From the NCBI GenBank assembly GCA_030753015.1, contig JASMDC010000037.1, positions 1 to 35,446 of the forward strand: a DNA stretch of 35,446 nucleotides, given 5' to 3'. This DNA comes from Candidatus Undinarchaeales archaeon (GTDB taxonomy: Archaea; SpSt-1190; JASMDC01). The notes under the pieces are model-generated. The model was given only the letters and a program-made list of their open reading frames with translations, did not search any database and was not told the DNA's origin. A program made the position numbers and the translations under genes. Of the stretch, positions 15,493 through 24,533 are shown in pieces (positions within the stretch are counted from its first letter, which is position 1; the number at the start of each line of letters is the position of its first letter).

Positions 15493-16431
15493 ATGGCTTC
15501 GGAGGACATGGACTCGATCATCGGCCCTTCTCTTTCCTTTTTCAAAGAGAACCTCCACCTTCTATCACTCTCGGTCGCGATAGGTGTCGTTATCACGGTG
15601 GTCGTGGCGTTCCTCCCCGTACCACACGACTGGTTCACTCTCATCAGTCTGAACGTGCTCGGGCCCGACTGGCGGAACGCGCGGGACATCGAGTTCATGT
15701 TCTTCACGACGCTCTACGGGTCCCTGCACAGGATCGCAACGCTCGCCATCTATCTCATCTACGCCGCTTCCGTGTACGGCTACCTGGGGAGGCGGGACCG
15801 GAGCGTCGGCTCCGCGATCATGCTCCTCCACGACCGCGCGCCGCGGTTGTTCACCCGACTGCTGCTCTACCTCCTGCTCTATGCCGCAGGTGTTTCGCTC
15901 CTCCACTTCGCTGTAGAGGAAGGTGGGAAAGTACGGGCCCTGAGCTCGTTGCTCGATACAATAGGTCCTCTCGTGCCCGTGCTCGTTGGCCTGCCCTTCT
16001 TCTTCATCGTCCATGACGCTCTCTTCATGGACGAGGATTATGATGCACTTGAGATCGCCTGGGCGACCGCTTCCCGCGCTATGTCCAGCGCGCCCGCTGT
16101 CATTGCCATCACGGCCGTGCTAGAGATGGGTAGGGTCGCTTGGCAACCGGCTTCGATGTTCTTCAAGCTCCTCGTAAAGGACTGGGAGCACACCGGTTTC
16201 TACTGGCACAACTCATACACTGCTGTCATCGCTGTCACGGGAGAACTTGCAGACTATGTCCTCTTCCTCCCGTTCACGGCCGTGGTTGCCACCTACCTCT
16301 ACATGCAGTGCAAGGACAATCCCTTGGTCCCTGCCATCGTCGCAGAGCGGGAGGCGCTCTACGCCCACATGGCCTCGCTCAAAAGCTACTACGGCTCCTA
16401 CCAGTACCAGCCGGTCCAGGAGGGCTGGTGA
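15493..16431 (+). CDS. Multi-pass membrane protein of unknown function
   Basis: About six hydrophobic segments; GGAGGGA SD before ATG15493; Tyr-rich C-terminal tail. Confidence 0.75.
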   Translation: MASEDMDSIIGPSLSFFKENLHLLSLSVAIGVVITVVVAFLPVPHDWFTLISLNVLGPDWRNARDIEFMFFTTLYGSLHRIATLAIYLIYAASVYGYLGRRDRSVGSAIMLLHDRAPRLFTRLLLYLLLYAAGVSLLHFAVEEGGKVRALSSLLDTIGPLVPVLVGLPFFFIVHDALFMDEDYDALEIAWATASRAMSSAPAVIAITAVLEMGRVAWQPASMFFKLLVKDWEHTGFYWHNSYTAVIAVTGELADYVLFLPFTAVVATYLYMQCKDNPLVPAIVAEREALYAHMASLKSYYGSYQYQPVQEGW

Positions 16432-16548
16432 GCCCGACATGAAGAAGAAGATGATGGGACGAAATAATAACCGGGCTCTACACACAGGCGAGCTTTGAGA
16501 AAGGTATAAATACACCGTGAGCTGCTGTGTCACACTGGGAAAACGGGT

Positions 16549-17478
16549 ATGGAGGACTTGGAACACCTCCCTTGGGACGGGGAGCTAGAAAAATATAGCG
16601 ACAATCCGGTACTGTCGCCCGATCCGTCGCTCTACTGGGAGCATGGCGCAGCCTATAACGCGACGGCCATCCAGAAGGACGGAAAGGTCTATCTTTTCTA
16701 CCGGGGCGAGGACAGAACACCCGAGGAGGATCCCGAGCAGCGCGAGTATGTCTCCCGCATAGGCCTGGCGGTCTCCGACGATGGCATTCACTTTCAGCGC
16801 ACCTCCGACGAGCCCATCATCGACGCGGACACAGGCCCCTACGCCGCAATGAAGTGCCGCGGAGTGGAGGACCCTCGGGTCGTGGAGGTGGAGGGCCAGT
16901 ACCTCATGACCTACACAGGCTACGATGGCGAGCATGTCCGGATGTTCCTGGCGACCTCGGATGACCTGGAGCATTGGACCGAGCATGGCCCCATCCTCGA
17001 CGGCATGAAGGCAGGGGCCATCGTACCACAGAAGGTGGACGGCCAGTACGTCATGTACTGCGGCGACACGAACCTCTGGCTTGCCCGCTCAGACGACGGT
17101 ATCAACTGGAACCGTGATCCCGATCCCGTGATGAAGCCGCGGCCGGCACACTTCGACAATGTGCTGGTCGAGTCGGGGCCCGCGCCCCTTGTGACCGACG
17201 ACGGCATCCTCCTGGTCTACAACTCGTGCGACGACACTGGACGCTACAATGCTGGCGCCGCCCTGTTCAGCCTGGAGGATCCGCGCCATCTGGTCCAGCG
17301 GACCGAGGGACCGATCCTCTCACCGACGGAGGATTACGAGCGCGACCACAAGCACGCCCACCTCACCGACGTGGTGTTCATCGAGGGTATGGTGGAGCGC
17401 GACGGCCAGTACATCTTCTACTACGGTGCCGGTGACGAGCATGTCGCAGTGGCCACCGCACGTTCTAGGAAGGAGTAG
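16549..17478 (+). CDS. Glycoside hydrolase family 130 (beta-mannoside phosphorylase/hydrolase, DUF377)
   Basis: YNATAI, LFYRGED, SRIGLAVSDDG, GVEDPRV, MTYTGYDG, VESGPAP, VVFIEG and YYGAGD; promoter GAGAAAGGTATAAATA at about 16497-16512. Confidence 0.92.
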   Translation: MEDLEHLPWDGELEKYSDNPVLSPDPSLYWEHGAAYNATAIQKDGKVYLFYRGEDRTPEEDPEQREYVSRIGLAVSDDGIHFQRTSDEPIIDADTGPYAAMKCRGVEDPRVVEVEGQYLMTYTGYDGEHVRMFLATSDDLEHWTEHGPILDGMKAGAIVPQKVDGQYVMYCGDTNLWLARSDDGINWNRDPDPVMKPRPAHFDNVLVESGPAPLVTDDGILLVYNSCDDTGRYNAGAALFSLEDPRHLVQRTEGPILSPTEDYERDHKHAHLTDVVFIEGMVERDGQYIFYYGAGDEHVAVATARSRKE

Positions 17479-17482
17479 GTCC

Positions 17483-17501
17483 GTCCGCGATACCGGCACG
17501 G
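17483..17501. repeat. 19-bp direct repeat, left copy
   Basis: GTCCGCGATACCGGCACGG, identical to 18311-18329. Confidence 0.9.
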
Positions 17502-17702
17502 GGATCACTGTCCATATGATTGAAGTGTCATCTTCAAAACGCACGTGAACATTCGATCCAATGATCAGGATCTCGATAGGTACTCCTTCAAAGGGTAGTG
17601 AAATGATTTAGGGGACCGCGTCCATTTCTTCCTGGAAACGACATAACATAGGATAAGTAATATATATTCGAACATCTAGTTATAATACTATGGAGTCGCG
17701 CC

Positions 17703-17987
17703 ATGAGCATCGAGCAGGACCCGTACGAAGAGATGAGGCGGAAGCCGCTTCGTATACTCAACAAGCATGCAGAACGCAGGGTGGAGGACAATGCCTCATT
17801 AGAGGCGGTAGTCGAGGCCATGAGGCACGGCGACATCTCGCCAGAGGGAAGGGGCAAGTACCGTGCGGTCCTCCCGGTCAAGGACGGGAAGCTCCTCGTA
17901 GTGATATTCAGGGATTGGGGGGAATACCTTATCCTGCTCACCGTTACATTGACTGGAGGTTCGCGACGGTGGCGACCATGGGGGTGA
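17703..17987 (+). CDS. Putative toxin, DUF4258/BrnT-RelE-like RNase
   Basis: 94 aa, basic; KHAERRV...GKYRAV...LLVVIF...ILLTV pattern; upstream of a Zn-ribbon/AbrB gene; TATA GTTATAAT at about 17679-17686. Confidence 0.65.
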   Translation: MSIEQDPYEEMRRKPLRILNKHAERRVEDNASLEAVVEAMRHGDISPEGRGKYRAVLPVKDGKLLVVIFRDWGEYLILLTVTLTGGSRRWRPWG

Positions 17988-17991
17988 TACG

Positions 17992-18306
17992 ATGAGGTGT
18001 GGTGAATGCGGGACGGATTTCAAGGAGTCTACCCGAGAGCTGTTCGGAGAGACGATCACGCTCTGGACCTGTCCGGGATGCGGTGAGGAACTCGTGGATG
18101 CACAAGAGCTCGCCGAGGTCCAGAAGCGCCTCCTAGGTGCTCGACCAGAACGCAGGCGCATCGTGCAGGTCGGTAACTCCTTGGCGGTCACGCTTCCGCG
18201 TCGGATTGTGGATCTGCTCGGATTGAAGAAGGGTGACGTTACCAGTATCTCTTACGATGTTGAGAAGAAGGCGTTCGTAGTCACCATAGGCACCTCGTCC
18301 AGTTGA
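17992..18306 (+). CDS. Putative antitoxin: YgiT/MqsA-type zinc ribbon fused to an AbrB/MazE/SpoVT DNA-binding domain
   Basis: CGEC...CPGCGEE followed by RRIVQVGNSLAVTLPRRIVDLLGLKKGD; GGGGTGA SD. Confidence 0.8.
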   Translation: MRCGECGTDFKESTRELFGETITLWTCPGCGEELVDAQELAEVQKRLLGARPERRRIVQVGNSLAVTLPRRIVDLLGLKKGDVTSISYDVEKKAFVVTIGTSSS

Positions 18307-18310
18307 GGCG

Positions 18311-18329
18311 GTCCGCGATACCGGCACGG
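18311..18329. repeat. 19-bp direct repeat, right copy
   Basis: GTCCGCGATACCGGCACGG, identical to 17483-17501. Confidence 0.9.
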
Positions 18330-18373
18330 CACCCCTGTCTGACTTATAAACTCGCGACACTGTTCCCTTTATA

Positions 18374-20266
18374 GTGGATGAGCAGGATGGTCCGGTCGAG
18401 GGAACGTTCCCATTCCAGGCCATACGACCGTATCAGGACGAGGCCGCGGACGCCATCACGGCGACGCTGGACGATGGGGCCCGGCTCCTCCTCTCTGCCC
18501 CGACGGGTATCGGCAAGACGGCCGCGGCCGTGTATGGTGCAGCACGGCATCAGGCAGTCACTGGTGACCGGCTCTTCTACGTTACAGCACGTACCACCCA
18601 TCAGCTCGTCGTGATGGACACCTACGCCAAGATGGTGGAGGCCGGTTGGGGACTGCGGGCGATCCGTATCGCGGCCAAGGGACGTATCTGTCCGGAGACG
18701 GACGGGGTGTGTCCCAGCTGTCCGCGCATGAACGCCTACCACCGCAAGGGATCAGGCGATGCGCTGGCGCGGCTGGCGGAACGCTCTATCATACTCCCCC
18801 GTCACGTGCTCAAGGTATCGGAGGCATGCGGGGGAGTATGTCCGTACGAGGTGTCCCTGGACGCCTCGATGTCCTGCTCGGTGGTGGTGTGCGACTACAA
18901 CTACGTCTTCCACCCGACCGTGTTCATCCAGCGGTACTTCTCGGGGCACTACGATGACATGTTGCTGGTGGCGGATGAGGCGCACAACCTCCGGGACAGG
19001 GCGATGGACGCTTTCAGCCCTGCGCTCTCTCGCGCCCTGGTCGATGACGTCATCACCCGATGTCGGGACCGTCGTGAACCGGTGTTCACCCGCCTGGCCG
19101 AGGCGTGGGGGGAGGTGGGTGCCGTGCTTGACTCCGTGTACCTGGACCCGGAGCGGTGGTACCGTCCCGAGGACTCCTTCCTTGTCGAGCTGGACGCCGA
19201 ACGCTTCCATCTTGTCGCTATGGCTGTGACGGAGGCCATGGAGGAGTACTTCTCACTCCCAAGGAAGCGGAGGTTGAAGGGAGAACGCCGGGACAAGCTT
19301 GCTGATGCCTTCTCCACGCTCCTCCACTTCCATGTGGTGCTCGATCAGGCCGGCGATGAGTTCGCCTACATCTACAGGCGGGAGGAGGACACTTTCCAGA
19401 TAGTGTGCCTCGATCCATCACGGGTGCTCTCGCGACGCATCAGCGGATTCCATGCCGCGGTGGGGATGTCCGCCACGCTCGAGCCCATGCGGTTCTTCCG
19501 GGACGTGCTGGGATTCCCAAAGGACTGTCGCACGGTCTCCCTGCCATCACCCTTCCCACGTGAGAACCGTCTTGTCAGCGTGGTCCCCGATCCGTCGACA
19601 CGGTATAGGGACCGGAACGACTCGGCACAGAGGGTGGCCGACACCATAACGGCGGTTGCACAGAACGCCAGGGGGAACGCCGTGGCATACTTTCCCTCGT
19701 TCGCTTACCTGGAGCTGGTGCGCGGTCATCTGACCGTCCCGCCCGAGAGGGAGCTGATCGTTCAGCGTTCGGGTATGAGAGATCTCGAGCGGACCCTGCT
19801 CCTTGAGCGGATGAAGCAGGCGCGTAACCTACTTCTACTCGGCGTCCTCGGTGGTACCCTCTCCGAGGGGATCGACCTACCGGGTGAGGCGCTGGCAGCG
19901 AGCGTTGTTGTAGGTCCTGCCCTCCCCAAGGTGTGCCTCGTACAGGAGCTGGTGAAGCGCCACTTCGATCGCACCCAGGGCTTCGGGTTCGCATACGCCT
20001 TCGCCTACCCGGGGATGAACAAGGTGGTCCAGGCCGCAGGCCGCGTCATACGCACACCTGAGGACGTGGGGACGATTGTACTGGTGGGTGAGCGCTTTGC
20101 CCAGCCCTTCTACGCTAGGATGATGCCCACTCACTGGTTCGACAAGCGTGCGGACGAACTGTGCACGGACGATATCATCGAGGAACTGTCGACCTTTTGG
20201 GGAGATCACCCCTCCCCGGAGAGCGTAGAGGAAGGTCCGATCATGTATCCAGCAGGTACCGCTTGA
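18374..20266 (+). CDS. XPD/Rad3/DinG-family Fe-S SF2 DNA helicase
   Basis: Q motif RPYQ, APTGIGKT, Cys cluster (ICP, CPSC, VCPYE), CDYNY, DEAHNL, MSATL, YFPSF, EGID and QAAGRVIR; TATA CTTATAAA at 18343-18350. Confidence 0.92.
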   Translation: MDEQDGPVEGTFPFQAIRPYQDEAADAITATLDDGARLLLSAPTGIGKTAAAVYGAARHQAVTGDRLFYVTARTTHQLVVMDTYAKMVEAGWGLRAIRIAAKGRICPETDGVCPSCPRMNAYHRKGSGDALARLAERSIILPRHVLKVSEACGGVCPYEVSLDASMSCSVVVCDYNYVFHPTVFIQRYFSGHYDDMLLVADEAHNLRDRAMDAFSPALSRALVDDVITRCRDRREPVFTRLAEAWGEVGAVLDSVYLDPERWYRPEDSFLVELDAERFHLVAMAVTEAMEEYFSLPRKRRLKGERRDKLADAFSTLLHFHVVLDQAGDEFAYIYRREEDTFQIVCLDPSRVLSRRISGFHAAVGMSATLEPMRFFRDVLGFPKDCRTVSLPSPFPRENRLVSVVPDPSTRYRDRNDSAQRVADTITAVAQNARGNAVAYFPSFAYLELVRGHLTVPPERELIVQRSGMRDLERTLLLERMKQARNLLLLGVLGGTLSEGIDLPGEALAASVVVGPALPKVCLVQELVKRHFDRTQGFGFAYAFAYPGMNKVVQAAGRVIRTPEDVGTIVLVGERFAQPFYARMMPTHWFDKRADELCTDDIIEELSTFWGDHPSPESVEEGPIMYPAGTA

Positions 20267-21053
20267 ACCTGTCCACGGCCGTCTCCAGCGCCACTTGTCG
20301 GGGAGGGCGCTCATCCGCTTCCGGGAAGAAGATTGAGAGGACATGCCGTCCATCTTCCACCCACACCATCTCGGCAGACCCCCCGGTGGCCTCGTAAATG
20401 GCGTCGGCGTTACGTGGGAACACGGTCCGGTCGTTTGTGCCATGGATGATCGTATGGGGTGTCGGGGAGATGTCCTTCGCGACGTTCCGAAGGTTCTCCT
20501 GAGTAGGATCGAGGACCTTTTCGATGAGCTCTCCGAAGTCGGCTGCATGGATCCCGTGGCGGTTGTACGGGAAGTGCAGGAGCCGGTGGATACCGATCCT
20601 GTAGAGCCAGCGGACGACGCTACCCATGGGATAGGACTCGGCGGCATCTGACAGGCTCGTCGGTGAACCCCAGGTGACGAGCGCATCAACGGGCGCATCA
20701 CTAGCGGCGACCCGCGATGCTACGTACCCGCCCATGCTGTGGCCGAATATCCCAACATTCCCATCGTCGAGCAGGTCACGCATGTAACCGACGACGGTCG
20801 TGGCATCGTCCACCATCCCGTCAAGGTCGAACTCGGCCGTTGACGCGCCATGGCACCTCTCGTCGTAGACCATGACCTTGAAGCCCTCGTCGCACAGCAT
20901 CCCTGCAAGGTCGTACAGGTCCGAGCGGCCTCCCGCGTACCCATGGCAGAGCACGACACCCGCACCATTGGGGTCGTCCGGTGTCCATACCTCACCGTGG
21001 ACATCTGTCCCATAGCCAGGGACCGTCACCTCTTCCACGGCATACTCGTACAT
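20241..21053 (-). CDS. Alpha/beta-fold serine hydrolase (paralog B)
   Basis: LCHGY, YDERCHG, nucleophile elbow GHSMGG, IIHGTND and GRH: complete Ser-Asp-His triad. Confidence 0.9.
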   Translation of the reverse strand: MYEYAVEEVTVPGYGTDVHGEVWTPDDPNGAGVVLCHGYAGGRSDLYDLAGMLCDEGFKVMVYDERCHGASTAEFDLDGMVDDATTVVGYMRDLLDDGNVGIFGHSMGGYVASRVAASDAPVDALVTWGSPTSLSDAAESYPMGSVVRWLYRIGIHRLLHFPYNRHGIHAADFGELIEKVLDPTQENLRNVAKDISPTPHTIIHGTNDRTVFPRNADAIYEATGGSAEMVWVEDGRHVLSIFFPEADERPPRQVALETAVDRFKRYLLDT

Positions 21054-21060
21054 ATCGAGC

Positions 21061-22197
21061 TCATACCTCCTCTACGGGGGTTCCCCGCTGTACCAGGCGT
21101 CCGAACCACCGGGCCAGCGCGTTCCGCCAGCCAGGATCGTCAGGCCTTGATGGTCCCTCGTACTCCTTGATATCGAACCGTTCGGCCCAGTCGCGCTTCA
21201 GGTCCACGAGCTGGAAAAGCGACACGGCGAACTGCTTGTCGCTCCCCGTACGCTCCCGCGCTCCACGAGCCACGGCCTCGATGACCTCGCGCTGGTCACA
21301 CAGCTTCTCCCTGCCCTCGGGGGTGTGGTAGTAAAGGTCGAACAGCTCCACCATGGAGCGGTGGCCGTACCCGGCCTCGGTGATGCCGAGGCTGACACCG
21401 ATATCCTTGTCGGGATAGGCCTCGTACAGCTTGTTGACGTGGTCGGTGAGCACCTTGTGGGCGAACGTGTCGGTCATGAAGGGCTTCAACGTCATGGAAG
21501 CGTAGCTCATCAGCTCGATACCGTCGAAGTGGGAGAGGTCCGGGAGCGGTGCTCCGAACCGTTCGAGGAAGCCGCGCTCGCGCTCGGGGAGGATGGCCAC
21601 CGAACCGATGCCCCGCTCCTTGAGGTAATCGGCGAGCCCTGTGAGCTTCTCACCAGCCTCCTTCACGGCCCGATCATGCTCCTCGCGACGTCCGGGGGAG
21701 AACAGCATGGCCACCTGGTCGATGATGTGGCCGGACCAGCTCTCCTGGGGTTCGATGTCCACCATGAGCCGCGAGTCCATCTCCCTGAAGGTGTCCCCGT
21801 ACCGAGCCTCCAGATCCTTGACGTAGTCGACGTACACGTCGATGTTCTCCTTGTTGACCCAGATTCCGTGCTCCTTGTTGAGCACCGGCCAGACGTCGAT
21901 ACCGAGACCGGCCTCCCTGGAAACGTCCATCAGCTCGTCGAAGAGACCTTCCTTGTAGAGGTCGAGCGGAAGGCATGCGCGTACCCGTATCCCGTTGTCC
22001 CGAAGATATCCGAGCGTTTCCACCAGATAGGCGTCGTCGCCCCCCGTCCCGCCATCGGCCAGCGCCCGTGTAGCGTCTATGAGGCTCCTGTAGCCGTCAG
22101 CGGCGTCTATGAGGCTCTGGTATCCATTGACGTCGTAGACTTCGAACCACACCCCGTCGAAACGTGAAGCTAGCTCTACGTCTTCGTACGCTTCCAT
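21061..22197 (-). CDS. Hypothetical protein, possibly a glycoside-hydrolase-like TIM barrel
   Basis: Alternating beta/alpha pattern with IDVWPVL..HGIWVN, LMVDIEP, IELMSYAS and IGVSLG; own TATA (minus strand TTTATATA, 22231-22238). The ORF is solid; the fold is an inference. Confidence 0.6.
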   Translation of the reverse strand: MEAYEDVELASRFDGVWFEVYDVNGYQSLIDAADGYRSLIDATRALADGGTGGDDAYLVETLGYLRDNGIRVRACLPLDLYKEGLFDELMDVSREAGLGIDVWPVLNKEHGIWVNKENIDVYVDYVKDLEARYGDTFREMDSRLMVDIEPQESWSGHIIDQVAMLFSPGRREEHDRAVKEAGEKLTGLADYLKERGIGSVAILPERERGFLERFGAPLPDLSHFDGIELMSYASMTLKPFMTDTFAHKVLTDHVNKLYEAYPDKDIGVSLGITEAGYGHRSMVELFDLYYHTPEGREKLCDQREVIEAVARGARERTGSDKQFAVSLFQLVDLKRDWAERFDIKEYEGPSRPDDPGWRNALARWFGRLVQRGTPVEEV

Positions 22198-22271
22198 ATG
22201 TCCCCAGTCGTGCGATGGCGTGGCACGGGGTATATAAAGGTTATGAACCCGCGCGGTGGAAAACTACCGTT

Positions 22272-23117
22272 CTATGCGTCGAGGAGGTATCGCTTGAACC
22301 GCTCCACCGCGGTCTCCATGGCCACGACCCGCGTGCCGTCGTCGTCCGCATATGGATGGAGCGGGTCGAGATTATGGTGGCCTCCGGGGACCCATGCGAG
22401 CTCGGTGGAACCACCTGCCGCTTTGTGGATGCCTTCGGCGTTGTACGGGAGGACCTCATCGTCCTCAGTGCCGTGGATGATCGTGTAGGGCACGTCGATC
22501 TTGGCCGCAAGCTCCGTGAGGTTAGGCTGGTCGGGGTCCATGACATCGGCAACGAGGGCCCCGAGGTCGTCCACGTGGAGGAAGTCGCGGGTGAACGGGA
22601 TGTGGAGGATTCGATATAGTTGACTAAAGTACAGGAAGCGGGGCAGTCGTCCGTCGGCGTGGTCCTTGGTCGCAGTGCGCATGCTGATCGGAGCGCCCCA
22701 GGTGACCAGGCAGTCCATGTTCCCGTACAGAGCGGCTGAGGAAGCGGTCACATACCCGCCCATGCTATGGCCGAACAGACCGACCTTGTCGCCATCGACA
22801 CGGTCCCGTAGCCACTCAACGGCAGTGGATGAGTCGTCCATCATACCGCGCAGATCGAAGTCGGCCTCCGAGGCGGCATGGGCACGCTCGTCGTATAGGA
22901 GGACGGTGAAACCCTCGTCGTAGAGCATCTGGGCGAGGTCGTAGTGGTTGGCCCGGCTCCCTTTGTACCCGTGACAGAGCACTACTCCAGCGCCATTCGG
23001 ATCGTCAGGCGTCCATACCTCACCAATGAGCTCAGCGCCGTCCCCGGGGACGGTGACCTGTTCCACAGTATAGCCTTCGGGAACGCTGAGTTCATCCTCG
23101 AGCTCGTATCCTCCCAT
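22272..23117 (-). CDS. Alpha/beta-fold serine hydrolase (paralog A)
   Basis: LCHGY, GHSMGG, IIHGTED and GGHH; ATG23117 about 30 nt after TATATAAA; clearly homologous to 20241-21053. Confidence 0.9.
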   Translation of the reverse strand: MGGYELEDELSVPEGYTVEQVTVPGDGAELIGEVWTPDDPNGAGVVLCHGYKGSRANHYDLAQMLYDEGFTVLLYDERAHAASEADFDLRGMMDDSSTAVEWLRDRVDGDKVGLFGHSMGGYVTASSAALYGNMDCLVTWGAPISMRTATKDHADGRLPRFLYFSQLYRILHIPFTRDFLHVDDLGALVADVMDPDQPNLTELAAKIDVPYTIIHGTEDDEVLPYNAEGIHKAAGGSTELAWVPGGHHNLDPLHPYADDDGTRVVAMETAVERFKRYLLDA

Positions 23118-23177
23118 CTGTCCCAGTAAGAACGGGCAGGTCACCCGGTTTATATACGTTTCGAGGCGGGAGGCGCC

Positions 23178-23645
23178 TCACGGCAGGACGATGTCCCTGA
23201 TACGCCTGTCCTTGGACACCTGGGGTATCAGTCGTGTACTGCTTGCAAGACCGCACCCAAGGGCACGACCTTTGTAGCAGACCAGCACGTACCGTCGTCC
23301 TTCGTCCTCATGCTCATCGGTGAGGGATACCTCCTCGCCAGCGATGAACCGCACCGCATGCTCCCTGTCGAGGCTCACCCTGTTGTGCGTGATGTGCTCG
23401 GCCAGTGCTTGGAGCGCCGTTCCGGTCGGACGCCAGCCATCGGGCCCTATGCTCGACGATCGCATGATCGTGATGCCCACCGTATCGTACCGGACACCCT
23501 CTGTGAGCCCATCGACCACCATCCAGACCGCGTTCGCGCCCTTGCGGAAGAAGACCATATCGTCGAAGGCCTCTTCAGGTATGCCGAACTGCTCGGCCCA
23601 CCAGGCAATGATGGCTTCACGCTCGACGCTTTCGAAGCGAGGCAA
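23178..23645 (-). CDS. NIP7/RsmF C-terminal PUA-like RNA-binding partner of the m5C methyltransferase
   Basis: WWAEQFGIPEEAF...WRPTGTALQ...NRVSL...FIAGE...ALGCGL; TTG23645 follows GGAGGT; conserved position after the NOP2-type gene. Confidence 0.75.
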   Translation of the reverse strand: MPRFESVEREAIIAWWAEQFGIPEEAFDDMVFFRKGANAVWMVVDGLTEGVRYDTVGITIMRSSSIGPDGWRPTGTALQALAEHITHNRVSLDREHAVRFIAGEEVSLTDEHEDEGRRYVLVCYKGRALGCGLASSTRLIPQVSKDRRIRDIVLP

Positions 23646-24531
23646 CGAAAAAACCTCCCGTATCGTTGAGGTGCGGGTACACGCGCAGGCACCGGCGCAT
23701 CTGGTCGGGGAACCGATGTTCCTCCCATTCGGTGAGCCCGGGGGAGCAGATGAATCCGGGTGGGGCCGACCCGTCCACGAGCTCGAACCCACGCTCCAGC
23801 GCTCGTGCGACCTGTACCTCGTTGTCCTCGGGCGCATAGGTGCAGGTCGAGTACACGAGCATACCACCGGGACGCACAAGCTCGCATGCCCGGTCGATCA
23901 TGGCCGACTGGCTTCGCTGGAGCTCCTGCCTGAACCTACGATGATAGCGCCAGAGCACGTCAGGTCGCTTGCGCGCCATGCCTTCGCTGGAGCAGGCCGG
24001 ATCGAGCAGTACCCGATCGAACGACGCGTTGGGGAACCTCCGGCCGTCAATAGAGGAGAAGCCCGTGTTCATCACTCCCAGCCGTTCGCAGTTCGCGCGG
24101 AGCATGGGGAGCCGTCCTTTGGCGACGTCGTTGGCGATGATGTGGCCGGTGTTCTCCATCATCTGAGCGAGGTGTGTCGTCTTGGAGCCGGGTGCAGCGC
24201 ACAGGTCGAGCACGCGCTCGCCGGGTCGCGGCGCGAGCACGATTGGTGGCACCATCGACACCTCCTCCTGTGAGTGGATGTGGCCGATGAAGTGCTCGAA
24301 GAGCGTACCGGGCCGATCAGCGTCGATTCGCAGCCCGGCCGGGTACCAGCTAAAGGGATCGGCAGCGATGCCCCGTTCTTCGAGCGACTCCCGCACAGCT
24401 GCCGGGTCGGCGCGAAGTGTGTTCACTCGCACGGTCGACGGTAGCGGCTGCTCACAGCTCTCAAGGAAGGCGTCGAAGTGGGGAACGATGTCCTGGTACC
24501 TGTACAACGGGGAGAGGTCAGGGACCTCCAT
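23617..24531 (-). CDS. NOL1/NOP2/RsmB-family RNA cytosine-C5 methyltransferase
   Basis: RVNTL, QEEVSMVP, VLDLCAAPGSKTT, FDRVLLDPACS, LVYSTCT, DNE and TGGFFVA. Confidence 0.95.
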   Translation of the reverse strand: MEVPDLSPLYRYQDIVPHFDAFLESCEQPLPSTVRVNTLRADPAAVRESLEERGIAADPFSWYPAGLRIDADRPGTLFEHFIGHIHSQEEVSMVPPIVLAPRPGERVLDLCAAPGSKTTHLAQMMENTGHIIANDVAKGRLPMLRANCERLGVMNTGFSSIDGRRFPNASFDRVLLDPACSSEGMARKRPDVLWRYHRRFRQELQRSQSAMIDRACELVRPGGMLVYSTCTYAPEDNEVQVARALERGFELVDGSAPPGFICSPGLTEWEEHRFPDQMRRCLRVYPHLNDTGGFFVASLRKRRA

Positions 24532-24533
24532 GG

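Noticed and set aside
15405-15707. N-terminal 101 aa of the 358-aa ORF call
   Set aside because: Overlaps the divergent membrane protein gene and the promoter region; a TATA-like element supports ATG15404.
20241-20266. 26-bp convergent overlap of the helicase and hydrolase 3' ends
   Set aside because: Short tail-to-tail overlaps are common in compact archaeal genomes.
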